Source: an uncultured bacterium (GTDB lineage: Bacteria; Schekmanbacteria; GWA2-38-11; J061). From it: 31,059 bases of DNA. Shown here piece after piece: positions 8,806 to 17,255 of the stretch. Under the pieces are notes generated by a model. That model saw nothing but the letters and a program-made list of their open reading frames with translations. It did not search any database and had not been told where the DNA came from. The DNA lies in contig CAZJVM010000032.1 in NCBI GenBank assembly GCA_964549305.1, forward strand, positions 1 through 31,059, written 5' to 3'. Position 1 is the first letter of the stretch; every line of letters begins with the position of its first letter. Made by a program: the position numbers and the translations under genes.

Positions 8806-10955
8806 AGATATCCCCGGAGGATTTCCCTTTCATTTTGAGAGATGCGCTCAAGAATGTAATTTTTTAACAGGGGATATTCAATACTATCTTCCACAGACTC
8901 CGATAGTCCTTCAAGATATCCTTTGAGTTGTTCAGGCAAAAGATATTTTGCGGGAGAAATAATGTTGGCAATGTTTTCATCGATGATTCTTGAGAAAACG
9001 GCATTTTTTTTATTTTCGCTAAATTTTTGAATTAGAATGAATCTGTTTATCCCTTCAAGCCAATATGAAGATACGCTGTATCCGTAACCCCTTAAAACCG
9101 GATTCTTTCCTTCTTCCGGCACGCTTTTCAAAACTTTCAAACATTTTGGCATTAAATCCTCAATGGGAAGCATTTTCGAAGTGGTAATAAAGAGCATGGT
9201 TCCCATTACAGTCCTTCCAAGCCCTTTATAGGCATCTTCTCTGTATCGCGGCGGCAATTTTTCAATGAGATTCAGCGGTTTACCAATATTCCACCTGATA
9301 TTATTCCAACCTCCCACAGGTTCATATATTGCTTCCTTTTTCGATTCGCCGAAAAGGTAACCTTCATAACATTTTTTGTGGAATTTTTCGGGAATATCCG
9401 TAAGTCCCGCCGCAACCTTTTCAACATCGTTCCCGAACTTTTCAAATAGCGCCTCTCCCATTCCTGAATAGAAAGCTCCTTTGAGCTCATCTCTTCTCTT
9501 TGAAACGGAATTTACCACTTGTTTAAGCTCATCCTCTTTTAGCGAATAGAGTTTTTTTCCTGTTGCGGGAAGATATGAAAGGGCAATATCCCCTTCGATA
9601 TTTTCAGCTATATTCAAAAGCGCGCTGCGCGATGTATTGCCTTCAATATATGATGGGAGCAATTCCCAATAGCTGTAACCCCTGAATATTTTTCCCGTTA
9701 AAAACTTGGACGGTTTTACATAAAACAAATTATCCCAGAGGGCGGTTATCGCCATTATGATGCAAAGGGCTGAAAGCAAAATCTTCACCGCTTTCATTCT
9801 CTCCCGCTTAAAAATATCTGTTATTCCCACGGAAACAAAAAAATAAATAAAGGGAAGAAGGGGGATGAAGTATCTGTATTTTGAAACATAAAACCATTCC
9901 ATTTTTGTAAGAGCGGAATTGTAGAAACCGCTGAACAGGAAAATAGCAAGAAATAGGGCAATGTAGGAAAAAGAATAAATCGCGGGGATATTCTTTCCCT
10001 GCTTTGCGATGACTTTAAAAAGAAAAGAAAAAAGAAAAATTATAAAAAACCCAAAGATTAAATAGGCGGAGATTTTTCCCAAAGAGGGCGCGACATTATT
10101 GAATGTGAGAGTCGAGGGAATGTCGGAAACAATTATCTTATATGCCTTGCGGATTAAAGCTCCAAAACCCGTAGAGCTTTCAACTCTCTTCGAAAATATA
10201 TTTGAGAAAACCGCAAGTTTCTCTCTGTTAAAAAAATAATAATAAACCCTGTAAAGAAACCAGGGCGAAAAACCGGCAAAAAAAGCAAGGGAAAAGACAA
10301 CTAAATTCTTAACTCTGAAAAGAGTTCTTTGTAAAAAAATAAATGTTAAAAATGCCGCGGCAAGGGATATGAGATAAATATAATCGTAATACAATCCAAC
10401 CCCCGCGATTATTCCCAACAGCAGAATATGCTTCAGGTCAGAGGATTCCTCCTTTTCCTTTGATATCATTTTGACAACTATCAGCAAAGTAAGCGCCGTA
10501 AAAAGATTTGATTCGCAGTGATTTCCCCAGGCAATCAACTGTCCCTTGGAAAAAACTTCTCCGGAAAAGATATAGAGGAAAGAAAAGATTAATGCCGCAG
10601 CATATCCGAAATGCTCATCAATAATTTTATACCAAATTAAGAGAGTAAAAAACGCGAATAAAAGGGGAAGCAGTTTAAGGGAAATAAGATTCGCTCCAAA
10701 AAGAAGAAACAGCGGAAAGGTCAGAAGTCCCGAAATGAGAGTGCCTCCCGAATGGGGATATGCCTGATAATCAAAAAACCCCATCAGCAAATTGCCATTG
10801 AGAAGGTCTTTTGGAAGGCAACCATTTGTCAACTCTTCAAAAGCGATAAAGGTTTCGATATCCGTCAACAGTTGGGAAAGTTTCACAATAAGAAACAGGA
10901 AAAGCGCTGAAGTGAAAAATATTCTCGAATTACTTTCTTTTTTTCCGGAAGACAC
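8802..10955 (-). CDS. GT-C-like polytopic membrane protein with C-terminal helical-repeat domain
   Basis: FEE acidic pair after TM1, WGNHCES, SPW and RYFIPLLPF motifs, about 10-11 TM. The GTG at 10955 (1 bp after the upstream TAA, preceded by AAGGT) is a more plausible start than the TTG at 10994. The stop overlaps the convergent gene at TTAA 8802-8805. Confidence 0.7.
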   Translation of the reverse strand: MSSGKKESNSRIFFTSALFLFLIVKLSQLLTDIETFIAFEELTNGCLPKDLLNGNLLMGFFDYQAYPHSGGTLISGLLTFPLFLLFGANLISLKLLPLLFAFFTLLIWYKIIDEHFGYAAALIFSFLYIFSGEVFSKGQLIAWGNHCESNLFTALTLLIVVKMISKEKEESSDLKHILLLGIIAGVGLYYDYIYLISLAAAFLTFIFLQRTLFRVKNLVVFSLAFFAGFSPWFLYRVYYYFFNREKLAVFSNIFSKRVESSTGFGALIRKAYKIIVSDIPSTLTFNNVAPSLGKISAYLIFGFFIIFLFSFLFKVIAKQGKNIPAIYSFSYIALFLAIFLFSGFYNSALTKMEWFYVSKYRYFIPLLPFIYFFVSVGITDIFKRERMKAVKILLSALCIIMAITALWDNLFYVKPSKFLTGKIFRGYSYWELLPSYIEGNTSRSALLNIAENIEGDIALSYLPATGKKLYSLKEDELKQVVNSVSKRRDELKGAFYSGMGEALFEKFGNDVEKVAAGLTDIPEKFHKKCYEGYLFGESKKEAIYEPVGGWNNIRWNIGKPLNLIEKLPPRYREDAYKGLGRTVMGTMLFITTSKMLPIEDLMPKCLKVLKSVPEEGKNPVLRGYGYSVSSYWLEGINRFILIQKFSENKKNAVFSRIIDENIANIISPAKYLLPEQLKGYLEGLSESVEDSIEYPLLKNYILERISQNEREILRGYL

Positions 10956-10956
10956 T

Positions 10957-12141
10957 TTACCTTGGCACTGTTTTATTGTTTTCAATGAACTCAAAAAGTT
11001 TCTGCGCCACTATCCCATTTCCTCTTTCATTGAGATGTCCCCACCTGTATAAGCCAAGCTCTTTTTGCTCTCGTAATACCGGTAATAAATCAATGGCATC
11101 GATGTTTGATTTTTCCATACTTTCGGCAAACATCCTATTTATCTGTCCTGGGGCAAACTCAACCCTTTTGTAATTATACTTGCCGATTAGCCCTTTAAAA
11201 ACATCTTCGTAAACCTGAAAACCGGCAGGAAGAATGAGCACCAAAAATCTTGCCCCGCATTTTTGCGAAATGGCGTTCATTTTTTCAACTAAAGCCACTG
11301 TTTTTTTAAAAAGACTTTCATCATCTGCAGATAAATTTTTTCTCATAAGACCTAACGAAATTTCATCGAGAAAATAATACGGGTTAAGCGGTTCCCATTT
11401 AAATCTTGCCGAAGCCAGATATAAGAGTCTGTTTTTGAGGAAAAAAAACAAAAGACTCTTTTTCTCAAGAAAATTCGCTGATTTATACAGACAATATTTA
11501 AGAAGATTTCGCCTCAGTATATGGGAAAACTTCGACTCAAGATACCTGTCATATAGAAAACCGTTCGATGCCACTCTCCTTCTTTTTACGCCTCCTATTT
11601 TATTATCAGCAAAATCATTCCCCGTATAAACCGTCAAAACAACCATATCAGGGTTGATTTCATCACAGGTCCCGGCGAGGAGTTTGAGTTCCTGATCATT
11701 GCCGAATCCCGGCACTCCGGCATTCACCACCTTTACGGACAATTCCTTATATCTGTCTTTGTAAATATTCCCCAAAATAGCGGGAAAATTGTTTTTATCA
11801 TCTACCCCCTCGCCAAAAGCATAGGAATCTCCAATGATAAGCAGGGAAAAATCCGGGTTTTCCGTATCAAACGCAGAATTTTTTCTAAAACCCCTTGAAT
11901 CGGTAGTAAGAGATTTACCTTTGAAAAGCGTTTCAAGATTGGGAGAAACTCTGTATCCCAGAGTATCATCATTGACATAGATACCTTTTTCGTCAAAACC
12001 TGACAGATTCCTTCTTAAAAACTCGTCGGGAAGCACCCTCATAAAAATTTCAATAATGAACAATGTAAATATTATCGTGAAAATCATTAGAAGGATATTG
12101 CTTCCTATTCTTCTATTCCTTTCATCTTCCCGATATGGCAT
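10957..12141 (-). CDS. Membrane-anchored SGNH/GDSL family protein (AlgX/AlgJ-like acyltransferase or esterase)
   Basis: N-terminal TM ending EIFMR; blocks IGDSYAFG, NAGVPGFG, YTGND and GHLNERGN. Confidence 0.85.
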   Translation of the reverse strand: MPYREDERNRRIGSNILLMIFTIIFTLFIIEIFMRVLPDEFLRRNLSGFDEKGIYVNDDTLGYRVSPNLETLFKGKSLTTDSRGFRKNSAFDTENPDFSLLIIGDSYAFGEGVDDKNNFPAILGNIYKDRYKELSVKVVNAGVPGFGNDQELKLLAGTCDEINPDMVVLTVYTGNDFADNKIGGVKRRRVASNGFLYDRYLESKFSHILRRNLLKYCLYKSANFLEKKSLLFFFLKNRLLYLASARFKWEPLNPYYFLDEISLGLMRKNLSADDESLFKKTVALVEKMNAISQKCGARFLVLILPAGFQVYEDVFKGLIGKYNYKRVEFAPGQINRMFAESMEKSNIDAIDLLPVLREQKELGLYRWGHLNERGNGIVAQKLFEFIENNKTVPR

Positions 12142-12334
12142 TATGAGAAATTACTCCTATGGGACGTTACTATTATGCTTGAAATATTTTCAAACTAAGT
12201 TAAAAGCCATTATTGACAATACTATATTAAATGCAGTGCCTCATCAATATTTTTGCAGGCAGTGTATAAAGATGATATTATTGAAAATTGTTTTAGGCGC
12301 ATTATTTTGGAAATAACAGAAAGTTATCTGCAGG

Positions 12335-13735
12335 ATGGAAAATATGAATTTAAATAATATACTTATCGTTGACGACGAAGAGGAGTTCAGAAATTTTCTT
12401 GCTTCATTCCTCAAAAAAAATCAGTTCATAACTCATCTTGCATCCTGCTACGAAGATGCTGAAGAAATATCAAAGAAAAGATTCTTCGACCTTGCCCTTA
12501 TCGACCTGAGTATGCCGGGGAAAGACGGAATAGAGGTTTTGAAAATGCTTAAAAACACCTTTCCAGAAATTTCCGGTATCATAATGACAGGATACGGGTC
12601 AATTGAAACAGCAGTAAATTCAATGCGTAGCGGCGCTTTCGATTACATTACAAAACCTTTCAACCATGAGGAAATACTTCTCACCATAAACAGGGCGCTG
12701 GAAATGAAAAAACTGAGAGGGGAAAATATCTTTCTCAGAAGCCAGCTTAAAAACAAATACAAATTCGAAAACATCATAGGCGACAGTGAACCTATGCAAA
12801 AGATGTACCGGATAATCGAAAAGGTTTCAGGTTCGGACAGCACTGTTTTGATAAATGGCGACAGCGGTACCGGAAAAGAACTTGTGGCACAGGCAATTCA
12901 TTATAACAGCAACAGGCACAATAAGCTGCTCGTGCCCGTAAACTGCGGAGCAATTCCCGAAGAATTACTCGAAAGCGAGCTTTTCGGTCATATTAAAGGT
13001 GCTTTTACAGGCGCTATTACCGACAGGGTGGGGCGTTTTGAAATTGCCGAGGGAGGCAGCATATTTCTCGATGAAATCGGCGATATGAGCCCCAAGCTTC
13101 AGGTAAAACTCCTTCGCGTACTTCAGGCAAAGGAATTTGAACCGATAGGCAGCACGAAAACCAAAAAATCCGATGTAAGGGTAATCGCCGCAACAAATCA
13201 GAACCTTGAAAGTCTTGTGGAAAAAAAGCTTTTCAGAGAAGATCTTTTTTACAGACTGAACGTTATACCCATTTCTCTTCCGAAGCTTCAGGAAAGAAAA
13301 TCTGACATTCCGCTTCTTGTTAAGCATTTTTTATCAAAACTCCAAGCCGAACAGACCTGCTCTGTTGAAGAAGTGGATGAAAGCGCTATGAAAGCGCTTA
13401 TGGACTATCATTGGCCGGGAAACGTAAGAGAGCTTGAAAACCTTCTCGAAAGAATAGTTATTTTAAATCCTGAGGCAAAGATCCTCGAGCTTGACCATTT
13501 TCCCGACAAAATTAAAAATCCTGTCTCACAAAAACCGGAATTTAACATTAGCATTACAGGGGGAGGAGTTGACCTTAACAAGATTCTAAATGATATAGAG
13601 AATAACCTTATTATTCAGGCATTGAAAAAAAGCAGAGGGGAAAAGGCAAGCGCCGCGCGCCTTCTCGGCATAAACAGAACAACCCTTGTTGAAAAAATCA
13701 AAAAGAAAGGAATTAAAAAGAAGGAAGAAGACTAA
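12335..13735 (+). CDS. Sigma54-dependent response regulator (REC-AAA+-HTH), probable flagellar master activator (FleQ/FlrA position)
   Basis: IVDD, IDLSMP, TGY, KPF receiver; GDSGTGKE, GAFTGA, FLDEIG, WPGNVRELEN; Fis-type HTH ending INRTTLVEKIKK. Lies at the head of the flagellar cluster. Confidence 0.9.
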   Translation: MENMNLNNILIVDDEEEFRNFLASFLKKNQFITHLASCYEDAEEISKKRFFDLALIDLSMPGKDGIEVLKMLKNTFPEISGIIMTGYGSIETAVNSMRSGAFDYITKPFNHEEILLTINRALEMKKLRGENIFLRSQLKNKYKFENIIGDSEPMQKMYRIIEKVSGSDSTVLINGDSGTGKELVAQAIHYNSNRHNKLLVPVNCGAIPEELLESELFGHIKGAFTGAITDRVGRFEIAEGGSIFLDEIGDMSPKLQVKLLRVLQAKEFEPIGSTKTKKSDVRVIAATNQNLESLVEKKLFREDLFYRLNVIPISLPKLQERKSDIPLLVKHFLSKLQAEQTCSVEEVDESAMKALMDYHWPGNVRELENLLERIVILNPEAKILELDHFPDKIKNPVSQKPEFNISITGGGVDLNKILNDIENNLIIQALKKSRGEKASAARLLGINRTTLVEKIKKKGIKKKEED

Positions 13736-13750
13736 TATCTTCATTGTCAG

Positions 13751-14479
13751 TTAAAACTTGCCCTTGAACTCCCTGAATTCTTCTTCTGTTATGAAACCGT
13801 CATCCTTAAGTCTTGCAAGCAATTTCAATCCTTCGAGAACTTCCTTAAAGTCTACAAGGTCTCTCTTTTTTATATCCGTATAATGGCAGGGAAGTATTTT
13901 GGTTGTAGACCATTTGACAATCGAACCAAGTTCGGGCGGAAGCTTTTCTTTTTTCCTGTCAGACAATTCCACATCAGTGCATTGGTCCGGAATAAGGTTA
14001 TCAGGAGCTTTCTCCCTCAATCTGCCATAGGCGCTCTTAAGGCATCGAAGAAGATTTCTGTTTGCCTTTATAAGATTAATCTTCAGAACCGCATTTCTTA
14101 TCACCACATCGATTTCATCGAATGAGAACGGTTTTTTAATATAATCGTATGCCCCTTCCTTTATGGCTTTCAATGCGCTTTCAAGGGTCGCGTAACCGGT
14201 TATTATAATTACCTGTGTATCGGGATTTTGTTCAATACTTTTTTGAAGTACATCAAATCCGTCCGCACCGGGCATTTTAAGGTCTGTTATTATTACATCG
14301 AAAGATTCGGATTCTATAAGGTCAAGAGCTTCATTGCCGTCTGTCGCCTCGTTAACTTTATATCCCTTTTTATTTAAAATCGTCCTTAACAAATCTCTGA
14401 AATCTTTTTCATCATCTGCAATCAGAAACCTGATATCCCTGTTATTGTAATTTTCACTATTCATTTTTTTATTTAACAT
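13751..14479 (-). CDS. Response regulator: REC + coiled coil + C-terminal SHOCT-like motif, no DNA-binding domain
   Basis: IADD, TDLKMP, TGY, KKPF intact. C-terminus LKLLARLKDDGFITEEEFREFKGKF fits the SHOCT pattern L..L..L...G.I(T/S)EEEF...K. Confidence 0.88.
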   Translation of the reverse strand: MLNKKMNSENYNNRDIRFLIADDEKDFRDLLRTILNKKGYKVNEATDGNEALDLIESESFDVIITDLKMPGADGFDVLQKSIEQNPDTQVIIITGYATLESALKAIKEGAYDYIKKPFSFDEIDVVIRNAVLKINLIKANRNLLRCLKSAYGRLREKAPDNLIPDQCTDVELSDRKKEKLPPELGSIVKWSTTKILPCHYTDIKKRDLVDFKEVLEGLKLLARLKDDGFITEEEFREFKGKF

Positions 14480-14557
14480 CCTTCTGTTTCAATAAGCTAA
14501 ACCTGATTAAAACCGGATTAAACAATCGTCTAAATAAATTAAAACTGTAACAGTTTC

Positions 14558-14591
14558 GCCAAAATCTTGTCATCGAACTCAATAAGTTGAC
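14558..14591. promoter_or_regulatory. Paired FleQ-type enhancer boxes (GTCA-N6-TGAC-like), 20 bp apart
   Basis: GCCAAAATCTTGTC (14558-14571) and CTCAATAAGTTGAC (14578-14591), 100-120 bp upstream of the sigma54 site. Confidence 0.6.
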
Positions 14592-14625
14592 GCTTTTTTT
14601 CTTTCCGTTTTTTTTCATTTTTTTT

Positions 14626-14638
14626 TAACATCTTGATT
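14626..14638 (-). promoter_or_regulatory. IHF-binding site
   Basis: Minus strand AATCAAGATGTTA is an exact WATCAANNNNTTR match, located between enhancer and promoter. Confidence 0.6.
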
Positions 14639-14677
14639 TTCAAGGATTTTAGAATCAAATATGTCATTTCAAATAAT

Positions 14678-14693
14678 TGGCACGTTAATTGCT
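14678..14693 (+). promoter_or_regulatory. Sigma54 -24/-12 promoter of the TPR-kinase-regulator operon
   Basis: TGGCACGTTAATTGCT matches TGGCAC-N5-TTGCW. Confidence 0.93.
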
Positions 14694-14759
14694 TAGACGG
14701 TTTCTCAACGCTAAGAGTCTATTTTTTAATTTTTTATAAAATCGGTATATTTTGATAAA

Positions 14760-17252
14760 TTGACTACAATTCCAAAAAAAATTCTTTCTGCCTTTTTCAC
14801 CTTTATCCTTGCAGGTATTTCCGCATTTTCTTACGCATCTGCTACTACAGGCGACATAAGGACCTGGGATCACGGCACATACTACCGAATCGTCTTTGCC
14901 CTTGGGTCTGCAGACAAAGCAACAGTAAATAAAGGCGAAAAGAGCGCAGATATAACGGTAAAGTTTGAAAAATCGATTTTTAAAAAAAACTTGGATGAAA
15001 CATTCAGTAAAAAATACATTAAAAAAGCATCGTTAATTCAGGAAACGCCTTTTACCATTAAACTTACCCTTCAAAATCCGGACTATAAAACATCGACTAT
15101 GAAGTTGAAAAATCCCGAGCGTTTTGTCCTCGATATAAAAAAATATCTCCCAAATGTCATAAAAAATAAAACTCCGACAGCAAAAAAGAAAATTCAACAA
15201 CCGATCAAAAAGGAACCTGTAAAGCAGGAGAAAACTGCAACGATAAAGGAAGAGCATTCTATCGCCCCTGCGGACAATCATGGAAAAAACGATGTGAAAA
15301 GCGTTTTTTCGGACGAGGCCAAAATTCTTGACGAAATTACTCCCCAAAATGCTCCCGAAGAATTCCTGACTGCCATAATTGATATGAAGAATGAAAAATT
15401 CGAAGACGCTTACAAACTCTTTTCTAAAATAGACAAAACCCGGGGAAACTGTTCAGATGCGGCACAAGTACTTTCCGCGGAAGCACTAATTAAAATGGAT
15501 TCAGGAGATAAAAAGGGAAATATTGCCAGAGCGATAGAAATCCTGAACGACATCTCCGGCAGAGAGGTTGATAAGCTTTTAATGGAAAAGATTTACTATC
15601 TGTTGGGAATCTCATATTCGAAAATGAAGTTTTACGAGGAGTCAAACGGTTATTTTAAAATCCTTCAGAAAGATTATCCGCAGTCATACTACGCTAAGCT
15701 TGGAAAACTTGAGAGGGCAAAGCTTATGTCATTAAATGATAAACTCATCGAATCGGATAATTTTTTAAACGACATAATCGGAGATAATTTTGGCAATAGC
15801 ACCAGGAAAGACATACTTCTTTTGTATTTTGACAACCTTTATAAAAGAAAAGAATACACAAAAGCCTGTGAAAAATTCGAAAAAGCGGTTGGAATAAGCA
15901 AAGATTCGGAAATATCGGAAATACCTATGACACAGTGGAATTTATACGCGGAGTCGCTTTATCAGATAAAAAGATACAAGGAGGCAAAGGGTATATTCAT
16001 TGAAATTTCTTCGGATAAGGAGTTGGATGCTGAAATGAAGGCAAGAGCTAATCTCAGACTGGGAGACATAGCGTTTGACGAAGGAGAGGAAAACGAAGCA
16101 TTCAATATCTGGTCGACAATACCTCTTGATTACGAAAAGACAGTTGCCGCAGGTGAATCAATTTTAAGAATGACATCTGCGAGAATAAAACAAACGGAAG
16201 ATTATGACACGGCAATGGAAAGTTATTCGGAATTGATGTCATCGGATTTTCCCCCGATTATCAAAAACGAGGCAATTTCCGAAACGGTTAAAATTCTTTC
16301 CAAGAAACACCTGTATAATAAAGCCTTAATCTTTCTGGGAAGTATCAATATGGCAGATAACGAAGCAATCAGGGAAATCGCTCTGTCCTCGGCAAAACAA
16401 ATTCTCAATGACGGACTCGCTTTTTTCAGGACAAAAAACAATAAAGATGAAGCGCTTGAACTATTTTTGAGATATAATGCTTTTTCCGGTTTTAACGTTA
16501 AGGATTGCCACAAGGAAAATATACTTTTCCTCACGGAAACTTTAATTGATTCGGCTTACTTTGAAAAAGCGAGAGGAATACTTCAGGAAACATATATAGG
16601 AACCTTTAATCAAAATCTGGCATATGATTGTCAGGTGTTAATCGCTGAATCCTATATTAAAGAACAGAATTATGAGAAGGCAGTATCAAAACTGAAAAAA
16701 ATTATGGCTTCTTCCATTAAAAAAGACAATTATAAAATCCTTACTTTAAAACTCGCCACTGCGCTTTATCTTCAAAAGAGATATGATGAATCACTTAACC
16801 AGTTTCTGAAGTTGAAAAACAAGAGCGCAAAATCGGAATTTCTCACGGGGAAAAACTATTTTTTCATAGGCGATTACAAAAACGCGCTCAATCACTTCGA
16901 GGAGTCTGCCAATCTAAGCAAAAACAAAAAAACTGAATTTGATACATACTGCAACTCTCTTTTCTGGCAATCTTATTCACAGTTCAAAATCGGCAAAACA
17001 GCAGAAGCGTTAACCCTGCTTGAAAGTATCGATAGTAAATGGACAGAGGAAAACCGGGAAGACGTATCTTTGCTTAAAGCGAATATTTTCAATAAAGAAG
17101 GTAACAGAAAAGCGGCGCTTCTCCTTCTTGAGAATAAGTCAGATAAAAGCGCTTCGACGGCACTGCTTCTGGATAATCTGAAAGATGAAATCGATTTTAA
17201 CTCAAAGCACAATATATCTCTTAATTCATTGATTGGAAAGGGAACCAATTAA
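14760..17252 (+). CDS. Secreted AMIN-domain + TPR solenoid protein
   Basis: Sec-type signal ending ASA; IRTWDHGTYYRIVF...LKNPERFVLDI is AMIN-like; Lys/Pro-rich linker; then many TPR-like helical pairs (YYLLGISYSKM, NLRLGDIAF, FLTGKNYFFIGDY). TTG start. Confidence 0.8.
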   Translation: MTTIPKKILSAFFTFILAGISAFSYASATTGDIRTWDHGTYYRIVFALGSADKATVNKGEKSADITVKFEKSIFKKNLDETFSKKYIKKASLIQETPFTIKLTLQNPDYKTSTMKLKNPERFVLDIKKYLPNVIKNKTPTAKKKIQQPIKKEPVKQEKTATIKEEHSIAPADNHGKNDVKSVFSDEAKILDEITPQNAPEEFLTAIIDMKNEKFEDAYKLFSKIDKTRGNCSDAAQVLSAEALIKMDSGDKKGNIARAIEILNDISGREVDKLLMEKIYYLLGISYSKMKFYEESNGYFKILQKDYPQSYYAKLGKLERAKLMSLNDKLIESDNFLNDIIGDNFGNSTRKDILLLYFDNLYKRKEYTKACEKFEKAVGISKDSEISEIPMTQWNLYAESLYQIKRYKEAKGIFIEISSDKELDAEMKARANLRLGDIAFDEGEENEAFNIWSTIPLDYEKTVAAGESILRMTSARIKQTEDYDTAMESYSELMSSDFPPIIKNEAISETVKILSKKHLYNKALIFLGSINMADNEAIREIALSSAKQILNDGLAFFRTKNNKDEALELFLRYNAFSGFNVKDCHKENILFLTETLIDSAYFEKARGILQETYIGTFNQNLAYDCQVLIAESYIKEQNYEKAVSKLKKIMASSIKKDNYKILTLKLATALYLQKRYDESLNQFLKLKNKSAKSEFLTGKNYFFIGDYKNALNHFEESANLSKNKKTEFDTYCNSLFWQSYSQFKIGKTAEALTLLESIDSKWTEENREDVSLLKANIFNKEGNRKAALLLLENKSDKSASTALLLDNLKDEIDFNSKHNISLNSLIGKGTN

Positions 17253-17255
17253 ATA

